DNA of 64,000 bases from an uncultured Ruminiclostridium sp. (lineage in GTDB: Bacteria; Bacillota; Clostridia; Oscillospirales; Ruminococcaceae), in the NCBI GenBank assembly GCA_947629925.1, contig CANRFO010000008.1, positions 14,722 to 78,721 on the forward strand, given 5' to 3'. A model generated the notes under the pieces. The model had not been told where the DNA came from and searched no databases. It saw only the letters and a program-made list of their open reading frames with translations. The position numbers and the translations under genes are program-made. Shown here piece after piece: positions 29,280 to 40,600 of the stretch (within the stretch, counting starts at the first letter, position 1; each line of letters opens with the position of its first letter).

Positions 29280-29815
29280 CAGGGATCTACCTCAAAAACA
29301 TATGCGGCAGGCTGCTTCTTTACGCTTTCGTCAGAGGAGACCTTTCCTATATAAAGACCTGCGAAGATACCGCAAAGCACTGACAGTATAAATATCACGA
29401 TACCGCAAAAAACCACGGCAGACAATGAGCAGGTCCTTTTTACCTTTTCGGGCTTAGCGGCGGGAGCATAGTGCCGAGCGGGGTCATAGCCGTAATGATT
29501 TGCGGCATAATTATTTCGCGGAGGCTCCGTATTCTGCGCAGGAGCAGGCTCTGCGTTCTCAGGCGCAGCTTCCTCCGCGCTTTCCTTTGCTTCTTCAGTC
29601 TGAGGCGAAGCAGGCTCTTCCGTTTTTTCCGTTTCTTCGGCGGGAGCGGTCTCGCTTTCCTCAGCGCTTTCTTCGGCAAACGCCTTTTCTTCAGCCGGAA
29701 CTTCCACAGGCTCCTCCTTCTTTTCCTCCGTCACGGACAGCGGGTTAAACTCTCCGCATATCCCGCAGTATTTGTCGGTCGGTAAGATCTCGTTTCCGCA
29801 ATTAGTGCATTTCAT
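29279..29815 (-). CDS. Zinc-ribbon membrane protein
   Basis: N-terminal CTNCG...YCGICG, acidic low-complexity linker, C-terminal TM helix. Confidence 0.7.
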   Translation of the reverse strand: MKCTNCGNEILPTDKYCGICGEFNPLSVTEEKKEEPVEVPAEEKAFAEESAEESETAPAEETEKTEEPASPQTEEAKESAEEAAPENAEPAPAQNTEPPRNNYAANHYGYDPARHYAPAAKPEKVKRTCSLSAVVFCGIVIFILSVLCGIFAGLYIGKVSSDESVKKQPAAYVFEVDP

Positions 29816-29937
29816 TATCGTTTTTTCCTTTCGGTAAAGTTATTTTTCAGTAAATTTATAACGCCTGCTCTTTTCGCGGAACAAAGCTCCCGCAATTTAG
29901 CGGCGGCGTCAGTCCCTTAAGGAAGGCGGTGCGTACC

Positions 29938-30039
29938 GCGGCGAAGCCGCCGTTGTTCCGGCTGCGCCGGGACAACGGAACGGATTTGCGTGCAAATCCG
30001 TTCGTTTGACAGCGAAGCTGTCAAACGCGGCTTCGCCGC
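29938..30039. repeat. Multi-hairpin palindromic element, family A, copy 2 (inverted flank)
   Basis: gcggcgaagccgc + three hairpins (loops tgc, gt, gaa) + gcggcttcgccgc. Confidence 0.85.
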
Positions 30040-30122
30040 TTGCAGGCGTGCTTATTTTCCGCAGTTCTTCCTCGGTTATACCGCGGGAGCTTTCCTTCTT
30101 CGGAAAGAGCAGTTATTTTAAT

Positions 30123-30935
30123 TTATTCCTTTGCGGTAAGCTCTTTTTTCATGTCCGTTCTTGCAAAATCGAACAGATATTGCTGAGCTATGCCCGCATA
30201 CTCCCCGACGCAGGCGGGAAGCCCGTCAGGGTAATAATAAGAGATGACTCTTTTTATCCACACATCTTTCGGAACGGCGGAAAGTCGGTGCAGTCCGAAC
30301 AGCAGAACACAATCCGCCACCTTATCCCCTACGCCCTTTATCACCTTGAGCGCTTCCCTTGCCTCGTCATCGGGAAGCAGAGCTATTTTTTCAAAATCCA
30401 CCTCGCCGCTGTTCACCTTCTGCGCCGCATCGATTATGTACTTTGCCCTGAAGCCCGATCTCAGCGGGGACAGATCGTCGGGTGACAGCGCGGCAAGCTT
30501 TTCGGCGGAAGGAAACGAGTACCCGCCCCTCACCTGATCGCCGAAGTTTTCGCAAAGCCGCTGTATTATCCCCGTTATGCGCTTTATATTGTTGTTCTGA
30601 GAAATAATGAAGCTGATAAGCGTTTCAAAGGGCTCCTGCCTCAGCACTCTTATTCCGCGTCCGCGGCAGGCGGCTTCAAGAGTCTTGTCCTCGGAAAAGG
30701 CTTTTATAAGCCCGCCGTAATCAAGCTCCGTATCAAAATAATCCTGCCAGAAGCGAACGTCGTCCTCTTCCGCATCAAGAAGCGTTATGCCGTTCTTTTC
30801 CTGCCTTAGTTTGACGTATCTTCCTCCTGCCATGCCTTCAAAGATATTATCGTCCGTTTCGGCGAAGCGAAAGCACTGACCGCAGAAAAGCGTCTGTTTC
30901 AAATCGAGGAAGTCTGCCCCGATAAAAAAATCCAT
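30123..30935 (-). CDS. 8-oxoguanine DNA glycosylase (Ogg1/AlkA HhH-GPD family)
   Basis: TLFCGQCFRF, VLRQEPFETLISFIISQNNNIKRI, GFRAKYI, IKGVGDKVADCVLLF..PKDVWI. Confidence 0.9.
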   Translation of the reverse strand: MDFFIGADFLDLKQTLFCGQCFRFAETDDNIFEGMAGGRYVKLRQEKNGITLLDAEEDDVRFWQDYFDTELDYGGLIKAFSEDKTLEAACRGRGIRVLRQEPFETLISFIISQNNNIKRITGIIQRLCENFGDQVRGGYSFPSAEKLAALSPDDLSPLRSGFRAKYIIDAAQKVNSGEVDFEKIALLPDDEAREALKVIKGVGDKVADCVLLFGLHRLSAVPKDVWIKRVISYYYPDGLPACVGEYAGIAQQYLFDFARTDMKKELTAKE

Positions 30936-31035
30936 AAAAATTTTCGCCTTCCACTTGATATTTTAACAATATTATAATACAATAATAGTTAATAAGCAAG
31001 AAAATTCACAAAATTTTCAGCGGAGGAACCTAAAA

Positions 31036-31728
31036 ATGCGAGAAAGCATACTTACCATTCCCGTAAACGACGTATTCGGACCGAGAGAAGGCTGTCCCAT
31101 ATGCCGCCTCAGGGACGAGATAGAGGCGCATATCTGCGAATACATAATGGGCGCGGCGATGATGGAGCCTGATGTGCGCATAGAAACAAATAAGCTGGGC
31201 TTTTGCCATACTCACTACAATATGCTTTTACAGCAGAACAACCGTCTTTCCCTCGCCCTTATGCTCAGCACCCATATGGCGGAAGCCGAAAAAGAGCTTT
31301 TCGGCTCCAAGCTTCCGTTCGGAAAAGGCAAAAAGCTTGAGCAGTCAGGAAGTACCTGCTTCGTTTGCAGCAAGGTGAACTGGGGCATAGGTCATACTCT
31401 TGAAACAGTATTCAAAATGTACTCCACCGAGCCTGAGTTCAAAAAGCTGTTCAACCGTCAGGAATATATCTGTATCCCTCACTATAAACTGCTTATGCAG
31501 TCAGGCGCCGCTCAGATGTCAAAGGGAGATTTCGCGTCTTTCAAAAAGGACCTTGAAACGCTTGTTGACAGCTATATGAAGTCGCTTAACACAGACGTTG
31601 ATGAATTTTGTCAGAGCTTTGACTACCGCAACGCGGGAAAACTGCACAACGCCGAAATGGAACATGTGCGCACCTCGGTCACAAGAGCGATAGAGTTTTT
31701 AACAGGGCGAAAGCCCATTGAAAAGTAG
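31036..31728 (+). CDS. DUF6062-like Cys-rich conserved protein
   Basis: TIPVNDVF..GCPICRL, GFCHTH, CFVC, CIPH motifs. Confidence 0.6.
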   Translation: MRESILTIPVNDVFGPREGCPICRLRDEIEAHICEYIMGAAMMEPDVRIETNKLGFCHTHYNMLLQQNNRLSLALMLSTHMAEAEKELFGSKLPFGKGKKLEQSGSTCFVCSKVNWGIGHTLETVFKMYSTEPEFKKLFNRQEYICIPHYKLLMQSGAAQMSKGDFASFKKDLETLVDSYMKSLNTDVDEFCQSFDYRNAGKLHNAEMEHVRTSVTRAIEFLTGRKPIEK

Positions 31729-31827
31729 CAGGCGATGAAACTTTTCAAAAAAATTTATTGACTGCTTTTATGGATAATTATGCCGTTTTTTCAGCATAAC
31801 AGCTTTTTGAAAGGAAGGTAAAATAAA

Positions 31828-32049
31828 ATGTTTGATCTGCTTGCAGAAATGATCGAAAACGTAAATACAGGTACCACCCTGAACATAGTCCCCTTCGCAA
31901 TAGCGGGAGGGATCCTGCTGGTCCTTATCATAGTGGCGGTCATAGCTTCTCAGAGCAAAAGCAAGAAAAAGAAAAAGAAAAAGAAAAATAAGACCAAGAA
32001 CACAAGCGACAAGGCAAAGAGCGATCCCGAAACCGAAAACAAGGAGTAA
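31828..32049 (+). CDS. Small single-TM protein with poly-Lys tail
   Basis: Strong RBS GAAAGGAAGG; one hydrophobic helix followed by KSKSKKKKKKKK; terminator downstream. Confidence 0.65.
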   Translation: MFDLLAEMIENVNTGTTLNIVPFAIAGGILLVLIIVAVIASQSKSKKKKKKKKNKTKNTSDKAKSDPETENKE

Positions 32050-32123
32050 ACGGGATAAGTAAAAAGCTTCTCGGCGGGAACCTTCAATGTTCCCGCCTTG
32101 CTTTTATAAACTGATTTAGGACG

Positions 32124-33677
32124 GTGACGGTTTTGACATATGTGGTTTCAACTGCTCAGATGAAAAACGCTGAGAATATGGCGGAAAAGGCGGGAACGAG
32201 CCTTGCCGCCCTTATGCAGAACGCCGCGCGGTGCAGCTTCCGCTTTATCGAAGAGCGTTTCGGCGGCGTTAAGGGCAAACGCTTTGCCCTGCTTTGCGGA
32301 AGCGGGAACAACGGCGGAGATGGCGTGGAGCTTGCCGCGATACTGAAAAGTCACGGCGGAAACGCCACAGTTATTTTCACAGGGAAAGCCCCTGACACAA
32401 AGGTCGCTGCCGACTGCGCGGAAAGGCGCCGCGAGGCGGGCGTGGAGGACGCTCCGTTTTTGTTTTACGACGGCAATGAGGAAAAGGCAAAAAAGCTCAT
32501 CCAAAACGCTCACTTTATAATCGACTGTGTTTTCGGAACAGGTTTTCACGGCGAGCTGCCTGAAAAAATATCGGAGCTTTTCGCCCGGATAAATCGCCGC
32601 CGTAAGCAGAGCAGGATTTCCCTCGATATTCCAAGCGGAATAAACGGCGACAGCGGATATGTGTGCAAAAACGCCTTCAGACCCAATATCACACTTGTTC
32701 TCGGCGCGATGAAAACGGGGCTTTTCAATCACCCCGCAAACGACGTCTGCGGCGAGATAAAGGTCCTTGACATAGGGATAAGCGACCGCTGCTATACCCG
32801 CGCCGACGGGATAGTGACACCGCCCGCCGTAAAAAAATTTATCCCGCGCCGACTTCGCAATTCCAACAAGGGAAGCTTCGGGAAGCTCCTTAACATAGCG
32901 GGAAGCGAAAAATATATCGGAGCCGCTCAGCTTTCCTCAAAAGCCGCCCTGAGAACGGGAGCGGGCTATGTGACTCTCGCATCGGCAGAAAAAGTCATCT
33001 CTTATATCGCCTCAGCGGTGCCTGAATGTCTTTTCGTGCCTTTAAAATGCGCCGCCCACGGCGGAATGGACAAAAGCGAAGCCGCAAAAGCGGCGGAGCT
33101 GACGGCCTCCGCCACCGCAGTGACCATCGGCTGCGGAATGAGCGACACCGAGGATACCCGCGAAATAGTGAGGGCCGTGCTGAAAACGGGAAAATGTCCC
33201 GTAGTTATCGACGCAGACGGAATAAACTGCTTGAAGGATAATATATATGAACTGAAGGACTATGGCCGTCCGATAATACTTACCCCTCACCCGGGAGAAT
33301 TTGCGCGGCTGCTGAAAATTTCCGCCGCGGAGGTACAAGCAGGCAGGATAAAGCTTGCCAAAGAGCTTTCCACCGCAACGGGAGCTGTAATTCTGCTTAA
33401 AGGCGTGAATACCGTGATTGCTTCGCCTGACGGCAGAACGGCGGTAAATCCCACGGGAAATCCCGCCCTTGCCAAGGCGGGGACAGGCGATGTTCTCACG
33501 GGGATGATCGGCGCGCTTTGCGCCGAAGGCGTTGAGCCGTTCGCCGCCGCTGTCCTCGGCGCGTATCTTCACGGGCAAAGCGCAGACGAGCTTGTGACGC
33601 GCATGGCGCCCTCGTCGGTGACTGCAAGCGACGTGGCGGACAATCTGGGCAAGGTCATGTTTGACGGTCAAATATAA
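32124..33677 (+). CDS. nnr: Bifunctional NAD(P)HX epimerase/dehydratase
   Basis: LMQNAAR, CGSGNNGGDG, IDCVFGTGF, SLDIPSG, NKGSFGK, VIDADG, LTPHPGEFARL, LAKAGTGDVLTG. Confidence 0.93.
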   Translation: MTVLTYVVSTAQMKNAENMAEKAGTSLAALMQNAARCSFRFIEERFGGVKGKRFALLCGSGNNGGDGVELAAILKSHGGNATVIFTGKAPDTKVAADCAERRREAGVEDAPFLFYDGNEEKAKKLIQNAHFIIDCVFGTGFHGELPEKISELFARINRRRKQSRISLDIPSGINGDSGYVCKNAFRPNITLVLGAMKTGLFNHPANDVCGEIKVLDIGISDRCYTRADGIVTPPAVKKFIPRRLRNSNKGSFGKLLNIAGSEKYIGAAQLSSKAALRTGAGYVTLASAEKVISYIASAVPECLFVPLKCAAHGGMDKSEAAKAAELTASATAVTIGCGMSDTEDTREIVRAVLKTGKCPVVIDADGINCLKDNIYELKDYGRPIILTPHPGEFARLLKISAAEVQAGRIKLAKELSTATGAVILLKGVNTVIASPDGRTAVNPTGNPALAKAGTGDVLTGMIGALCAEGVEPFAAAVLGAYLHGQSADELVTRMAPSSVTASDVADNLGKVMFDGQI

Positions 33678-33696
33678 AAGTCCCTCAGGAGGACTT

Positions 33697-34254
33697 ATGA
33701 AATTTTCCAAAGCGCTTATACTTGCCGCATTTTCAGCGGCGGCCGCGCTGACCTTTTCCGCTTGCAGCGCAGGCGGGCTTCTGTCGCCGAAGGCTCCGGA
33801 GCTGAACAAAAAATTTGAGATGACGGCGGAGGTGACCTGCGGAAACAGCTCGTTTACGGCAAACTTTTCCCGCCTGAATGTAGGAAGCTGGGAGGTGACC
33901 GTGACGGATCCCTATGAGGTACAGGGGCTTTCTTTCGCATATTCGGGCGGAACGGCAAGCGCCTCATTTGACGGGATCGCCGCGGAGCAGCTCACTGCCG
34001 ACTTTGCCTCGTCGCCTGCGGGGAAGGTCATCTCCGCCGTTGAAAACGCTGTTCAGGACAAAACCGCCTCGGTATCCTTTTCCGACGACGGCTTGATAGT
34101 GCAGTCGGGCGAATGTATCATGGCGTTTTCCGAGGGAAGCTCCGTCCCATCGGCGCTCGACCTGCCGCAAAGCCGCATTTCCGCAAAGATAACGGATTTT
34201 AAGGTGACAGGTGAGATCTTCCCTGACGGAGTTGACGTGATCGTGAATGAATAA
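33697..34254 (+). CDS. Putative lipoprotein
   Basis: ATG after GGAGG; lipobox LTFSAC; beta-rich body. Confidence 0.7.
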   Translation: MKFSKALILAAFSAAAALTFSACSAGGLLSPKAPELNKKFEMTAEVTCGNSSFTANFSRLNVGSWEVTVTDPYEVQGLSFAYSGGTASASFDGIAAEQLTADFASSPAGKVISAVENAVQDKTASVSFSDDGLIVQSGECIMAFSEGSSVPSALDLPQSRISAKITDFKVTGEIFPDGVDVIVNE

Positions 34255-34292
34255 AAGATACGGTGTCATAAAAATGACACCGTATTTTTTCA
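34254..34292. terminator. Bidirectional terminator
   Basis: aaaagatacggtgtcat-aaaa-atgacaccgtatttttt between convergent genes. Confidence 0.75.
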
Positions 34293-36686
34293 GCTTATCT
34301 TTTCCACCTTGGCGAAATTCGCCATTATCTTTTTGGTACCCACCTTGTCAAAGGCGATCTCCAGCAGATTGTCGTTTCCCATGGGAGTAACGTTCAGCAC
34401 CGTGCCGTCGCCGAAAACACGGTGATTTATCCTGTCGCCGCTCGCAAAGACCTGAGCGTGCGCCGCCGATATTCTCGCCGCCATCTTTTCCGCCTTGGCG
34501 TGCCGCGTTTCCTGCTGCAAGTAGCCGCTTTTGACAGGATGCTGCGGCTTTTGTATATATGTATGCATGGTGTGGTCGGTAAACAGAACGTCCTTTTCGG
34601 GCATTTCGGTCACAAAGCGGGAAACTCTGTTCCTCTGTGTGTTGCCGAAGAGCAGCCTTTGCCTTGTGTGAGTTATGAAAAGGCGTTTTTTTGCTCTTGT
34701 CACCGCGACATACGCAAGTCTTCTCTCTTCCTCGGTCTCGTTCATATCGACCTGCGCCCTGTAAGAAGGAAAAATGTTTTCCTCCGCTCCGATAATAAAC
34801 ACGTTCTCAAACTCAAGCCCTTTCGCCCCGTGCATTGTCATAAGGGTGACCTTGTCCTCGTCTGTATCGTAGCTGTCAAGGTCGGTTATAAGGGCAATAT
34901 TTTCCAGATAATCGGAAAGAGTATGATCCTCGTTTTCCTCCATAAAGGTTATCATGCCCGACTTCAGCTCCTGTATGTTCTCAAGTCGGACTGCTCCCTC
35001 GTCCCCCTGCATTTTCAGCATATTCTCATATCCCGTGGCGGCAAGGATATCGTCTATCATGCAGTCAAGAGGTCTTTCGTCGTCCTCGCCCAGCTCCCTG
35101 AACATTCTTCCCAGCGGTTCAAGTATCTTTGTTTTCTTGGAAAGATCCTGAAACTCGTCGGAACGCTCCATTACCTCGACAGGCGTTATCCCCAGTCCGT
35201 CGGCTATACGGAAGATCTCCGCCTGAGTGGCGTCGCCTATGCCTCTCTTAGGCTCGTTTATAATGCGGCTCAGGCGCACCGTGTCGGAGTTGTTGTTTAT
35301 AACGCTCATATACGCCAGCATATCCTTGATCTCCTTGCGATCGTAGAACTTGGTCCCGCCCACGATACGATAAGGGATACCCGACTTTGCCATGGAAAGC
35401 TCAGGGTTGCGGGACATGGCGTTTATGCGGTAAAGCACTGCGCAGTCCCTGAACTGACCGCCCTGCTCCTTAAAATCAAGAATGGTCTTTGATACGAAAT
35501 CCGCTTCTTCCGTTTCGTTCTGAAACAGATCCAGCTTTATCTTTTCGCCCTCGCCAAGATCGCTCCAGAGAGCTTTTCCCTTGCGCTGGGTGTTGTTGCT
35601 GATGACGGCGTTCGCAGCGTCAAGTATGGTTTCGGTGGAGCGGTAATTCTGCTCCAGCTTTACCACCTTTGCGCCAAATTCCTTTTCAAAGCTGAGGATA
35701 TTTTCTATCGTTGCTCCTCTGAAACGGTAGATACTCTGATCCTCGTCCCCTACCACGCAAAGGTTCCCGCTTCCCTTTGCCAAAAGGGAAATAAGTCTGT
35801 ACTGCGCCGTATTGGTATCCTGATACTCGTCCACCATTATGTAGTCGAAGCTTTTCTGCCATCTTTCAAGCACGGCGGCGTCACTTTCAAAAAGCTCCAC
35901 CGTTTTCATGATTATGTCATCGAAATCAAGAGCGTTGGCGTTTTTAAGTCGGCGCTGATACTCGATGTATATGTCTTTGACCTTTTCAAGCCTGAAATCC
36001 GCACGACCGTTATCCGCCATTACGGAAAAATCCTGCGGAGTTATCAGCTGATCCTTGGCGCGGCTTATCCTGCTCTGAAATTCTTTGGGGCTGAAAGCCT
36101 TGTCGGAGATGTTAAGGTCTTTCATAACGTCCTTTATCACTCGCAGGCTGTCGTCGGTGTCGTATATTGTAAATGAGCTTTTATATCCCAGCGCTTCTAT
36201 CCCGCGCCGCAGTATCCTGACGCAGGCGGAGTGGAACGTTCCCGCGAAAACATCGCCTCCGCCGGGAGCGTTCATGTTTTGCAGACGCTCTTTCAGCTCC
36301 GCCGCCGCCTTGTTGGTAAAAGTCACCGCCATGACCCGCCAAGGCGCGGCTTTTTCATATCCCAGCAGTGCGGACAGCCGTCCTGTGCTGCTTATATTTA
36401 TTTCTGCGCTGCCGTCGGCAAATTCCCTGAGGAATTTTTCATCGTCGTCTGATATCTGCCGCTCAAAATCCGTATTGTAGCTTTTCCCGAACAGCAGCAG
36501 ATTTGCTATCCTGTTGCAGAGAACGGTGGTCTTTCCGCTGCCCGCTCCCGCAATTATCAGCACCGCTCCTTCGGTCTGATATATCGCCTCGCGCTGTTTT
36601 TCGTTCGTCCTGATGAAAAATCTGTCTATGCACTTTCTTTTTATCTTGTTAAAATCCTTCATGTTGTCCTTTTCCTTATCTTTCAC
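34290..36686 (-). CDS. pcrA: ATP-dependent DNA helicase PcrA/UvrD
   Basis: AGAGSGKTT, VTFTNKAA, GTFHS, DFDD, VDEYQDTN, VGDEDQSIYRFRGA, QNYRST, HGAKGLEF, EERRLAYVAVTRA, C-terminal Tudor-like domain. Confidence 0.96.
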   Translation of the reverse strand: MKDKEKDNMKDFNKIKRKCIDRFFIRTNEKQREAIYQTEGAVLIIAGAGSGKTTVLCNRIANLLLFGKSYNTDFERQISDDDEKFLREFADGSAEINISSTGRLSALLGYEKAAPWRVMAVTFTNKAAAELKERLQNMNAPGGGDVFAGTFHSACVRILRRGIEALGYKSSFTIYDTDDSLRVIKDVMKDLNISDKAFSPKEFQSRISRAKDQLITPQDFSVMADNGRADFRLEKVKDIYIEYQRRLKNANALDFDDIIMKTVELFESDAAVLERWQKSFDYIMVDEYQDTNTAQYRLISLLAKGSGNLCVVGDEDQSIYRFRGATIENILSFEKEFGAKVVKLEQNYRSTETILDAANAVISNNTQRKGKALWSDLGEGEKIKLDLFQNETEEADFVSKTILDFKEQGGQFRDCAVLYRINAMSRNPELSMAKSGIPYRIVGGTKFYDRKEIKDMLAYMSVINNNSDTVRLSRIINEPKRGIGDATQAEIFRIADGLGITPVEVMERSDEFQDLSKKTKILEPLGRMFRELGEDDERPLDCMIDDILAATGYENMLKMQGDEGAVRLENIQELKSGMITFMEENEDHTLSDYLENIALITDLDSYDTDEDKVTLMTMHGAKGLEFENVFIIGAEENIFPSYRAQVDMNETEEERRLAYVAVTRAKKRLFITHTRQRLLFGNTQRNRVSRFVTEMPEKDVLFTDHTMHTYIQKPQHPVKSGYLQQETRHAKAEKMAARISAAHAQVFASGDRINHRVFGDGTVLNVTPMGNDNLLEIAFDKVGTKKIMANFAKVEKIS

Positions 36687-36719
36687 TCAAAAGGGGCGGT
36701 ACACCGCCCCTCAGGTTCT

Positions 36720-37634
36720 TCAGTTCCCGTTAGTCCCCGCCGCCGTATTTCTCGCTGCGCTCACTGTATCCGAATCAAGCGCCACGAAAGGATTTACGCC
36801 GTCGGACACCACCTGCGGCAGCTGTCCGTTCCACCTGTCTACCTTGAGATATTCTATATAGTTGGGGGAGCTTTGCAACTGCTCCTGTATCACCTTGATA
36901 GCGTCAGCCTCCGCTTCGGCGGCTATGCGCTTTGAGTCGGCGTCCGCCTGTGCGGCGATGACTACCTGCTTTGCCTCCTCCTGCTTTTCCTTGGTCTTGT
37001 TTTCCATTTTCAGAGCGTCCTGCTCGGCGATGACCTTTGCCTGAATGGATTCCTCAAATGCGGAGTCAAAGCTCAGGTTCTCTATCGCAAACGCAGTTAC
37101 CACAATGCCGTAATCGTCCAGGATCTCGGTGAGGGAATTCTGTATCTCCGTGGTAACGTCCGCCCTCGACTGTACAAGCTGTTCAGCCTTTACCTTGCCG
37201 ATCGCGTCCTTTGCTATCTTCTGCACGTTGGGCACCAGCAGCTTTGTTTCCACGTTGGAAACGCCGATATTCCTGATTATATTGCTGAGCATTGAGCTGT
37301 CGTAGCAGTAGTTCACTTTAAGCTGCAATTCGTTCACCGATTGTGTGTCGCTGGTGTAAGCGTCAGTGGTGACAGCGTATACCTGTTCCCTTATATCTAC
37401 CTGCACTATATCCTCGATAAAGGGAATGTGAAAATTAAGTCCCGCAGTCAGGTTGTCCCGCTCTATCTTTCCGAAACGGTACTTTACCCCTACATAGCCC
37501 TCGTTCACTATGGTGAACGAGCTGCCCAGCAGTATTGCCACAAATACCAGAATGATTATCACAAGCACCCATTTTCCCACATGTTTGCCGTTTACGGGCT
37601 TTACGTCGCCTGTGCTGAATTTTACTTCCGCCAT
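36720..37634 (-). CDS. SPFH/prohibitin (band 7) family membrane protein
   Basis: N-terminal TM, SSFTIVNEGYVGVKYRFGK, GLNFHIPFIE, coiled-coil AQADADSKRIAAEAEADA. Confidence 0.9.
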   Translation of the reverse strand: MAEVKFSTGDVKPVNGKHVGKWVLVIIILVFVAILLGSSFTIVNEGYVGVKYRFGKIERDNLTAGLNFHIPFIEDIVQVDIREQVYAVTTDAYTSDTQSVNELQLKVNYCYDSSMLSNIIRNIGVSNVETKLLVPNVQKIAKDAIGKVKAEQLVQSRADVTTEIQNSLTEILDDYGIVVTAFAIENLSFDSAFEESIQAKVIAEQDALKMENKTKEKQEEAKQVVIAAQADADSKRIAAEAEADAIKVIQEQLQSSPNYIEYLKVDRWNGQLPQVVSDGVNPFVALDSDTVSAARNTAAGTNGN

Positions 37635-37662
37635 TTTGTTTTCTCCTTTCGTTTTACAGCAT

Positions 37663-40600
37663 TTATTTTACATTAAGAAGCTCCGAATACTCGTCTTTTA
37701 TCTCTACGGAAACAGGCTCGCTCGCTTGTGCGGCGTTCTTCACCGCGTGGGACAGCATGAGCTTGATACGGTTTATCTGATTTACCTCCGACGCGCCGGG
37801 GTCGTAGTCCACTGCGATTATGTTAGACAGGGGATTTCTGCGGCGAAGCTCGCCTATAACACCCTTGCCCGTAACGTGATTCGGCAGGCAGGCGAAAGGC
37901 TGCATACAAATGATGTTGTTTACTCCGCTGTGCATAAGCTCAACCATCTCGGCGGTAAGGAACCAGCCCTCTCCCGCGATATTGCCTGTGGAAACTATGC
38001 CGTCAACCAGCTTCCTCATTTCGGAAACCTTCATAAAGCTGCCGAATTTCGTTCCCTTTACCGCCTCAAGATACGGCTTTTCAAGCCATTCAAGCATTGA
38101 TATCAGCTTGTTTTGCAGGAAATATCTCGTCCCCGAAACGGTGAGAAGCTCACGCCTTGTGTTGGCGTGGTCGAGTATGAAGTAGATAAATCCCATAAGG
38201 TCTGGGACTACCGCTTCCGCTCCCTCAGACTCCACAAGGTCAACGACAAAATTGTTCGCAACGGGGTGGTATTTTACCAGAATTTCCCCTACGATACCGA
38301 CTCTGGGCTTTTGCAGGTCGAATACGGGCAGAGCGTCAAAGTCCTTTACGATAGCGGCGATGTTCCTGCCGTATTCCTTGAAGCTCAGCTTTTTAAGGGA
38401 CGTTTTCAGCTTTTCGTTCCATTCCTTATACAGTCTGTCGGCGCTGCCCTTTTCCACCTCGTACGGTCTTACCCTGTACAGACAGCGGCTTAGTACATCG
38501 CCGTAAACCACCGCCATAAGCGCTCTCACTACCAGCGCAGGGGTGTACTTGAAGCCGGGGTTTTTCTCCATTCCCACCAGATTTATTGAAATAATGGGGA
38601 CTTGGGGATAGCCACCCTCTTTAAGCGCTTTCTTTATCATTCCCACATAGTTTGTGGCACGGCAGGCGCCGCCTGTCTGGGTTATCATAACGGAAGTGTT
38701 GTTCACGTCGTATTTTCCGCTGTTCAGCGCCGCCATAAGAGAGCCGACTGTGAGTATCGTGGGATAGCAGGCGTCGTTGTTGACGTATTTCAGTCCCTCG
38801 TCCACTATCTCCTTAGTATAGTCTTTCAGAATAACGACATTATATCCCGAATATCTGAACGCCTGCTCCAAAAGCTCAAAATGTATCGGCGACATCTGGG
38901 GAGCAAGTATAGTATGGGTCTTTTTGCTTTCCTTTGTGAAATAAGGCTGACGGTGATAGCCGTCATATTTTTCCTCGCTGTGATAGCCGTCGCGGCGGCG
39001 CTCCTCGGAAACTGAGATAAGGGAACGCAGGCGTATCCTCGCCGCTCCAAGGTTGTTCACCTCGTCTATCTTCAGAACGGTGTAAAGCCGTCCGTAGCCC
39101 TGCATTATCTCCTGAACCTGGTCGGTGGTGATGGCGTCAAGACCGCAGCCGAAACTGTTCAGCTGCACAAGCTCAAGATATTCACGCTCGCCCACGACGG
39201 CGGCGGAGTTGTACAGCCTGTTGTGATACATCCACTGGTCGACCACACGGATAGGTCTTGCCAGCTTGTCAACGCCTAGATGTGCCACGCTGTCCTCAGT
39301 CAGCACCGCAAAGCCGTATCCGTTTATCATTTCGGGAATGCCGTGATTTATCTCAGGGTCAAGGTGATAGGGTCTGCCTGCCAGAACGATACCTTTTTGT
39401 CCCGTTTCCTCCAGCATTTTCAGAACTTCCTCGCCCTTTGCACGAATGTCCGCCTTGAACCTTGCGTCCTCCTCATAGGCGGCGGCAAGGGCAAGTCCTA
39501 TCTCCTCGCCGTGTATGCCAAGGGGCAGAAATTCCTCCGTCAGCCTTTCCGCCATTCTCTCCTTGTCGTAAATGGGGAGGAACGGGTTCATAAAGCTTAT
39601 CTCTTTATCTCTAAGCTGAGGGATAGAATTTTTGATGACCTCGCTGTAAGTCGCAACGACAGGGCAGTTGTAGTGATTGTCCCCCTTGCCGCCGCAGTCC
39701 ATTTCATAGGGCAGGGCGGGGAAGAATATCATATCCGCTCCGTTTTCGATGAGCCATACCACGTGTCCGTGGGACAGCTTTGCGGGATAGCACACTGATT
39801 CGCTGGGCATAGTTTCAATTCCCAGCTCGTAAATTTCACGGGAGGAATCAGGTGACAGCAGAACGCTGTAACCCAGCTTTGTGAACAGCGTGAACCAGAA
39901 CGGGTAATTCTCATACATACCCAGAACTCTCGGCAGTCCCACAACGCCCCGCTTTGCCTCCTCCTTGGGAGTGGGGGTATATTCAAACAATCTCTTGTAC
40001 TTATAATCAAACAGGTTGGGCAGGTCAGATTTTTTCGTGCCAAGCCCTGCGCCTCGCTCACAGCGGTTGTTGGTGATGAATCTTGTGCCGTCGCCGAATT
40101 TGCTGATGGTGAGCAGGCAGTTGTTGCTGCACCGCCCGCACCTTGCGGTGGATTTTGTGATAGAGAAATTCTCCAGCTTGTCGGCGGTGGCTATCGTCGA
40201 GCCCTCGCCGTCGTCCCTGTTCATGGCGATAAGGGCGCTGCCGTAAGCTCCCATAAGTCCCGCCTTGTCGGGGCGCACCGCCTCACGCCCGCAGGTAAGC
40301 TCGAACGCTCTCAGCACGGAGTTGTTCATAAACGTTCCGCCCTGAACAATTATCTTCTCCCCCATATCCTTGGGGTCACGAATTTTTATTACCTTGAACA
40401 GCGCATTTTTAACAACTGAATAGCTTAACCCCGCCGAAATGTCCGCAACGCTTGCGCCCTCTTTCTGCGCCTGCTTTACACGGCTGTTCATAAACACCGT
40501 ACAGCGGGAGCCGAGATCAACGGGGTGCTCGGCGGTAAGTCCCAGCTGCGCAAATTCAGCGCTGGTCATTCCCAGAGCGGAGGCAAAATTCTCAATAAAG

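Noticed and set aside
34422-35492. 356-aa plus-strand ORF
   Set aside because: Antisense shadow of pcrA.
16109-36686. Apparent DNA repair/defence island (rmuC, rnhA, ung, ogg, pcrA)
   Set aside because: Housekeeping genes dispersed among unrelated genes, not co-transcribed, with no mobility or defence hallmarks.
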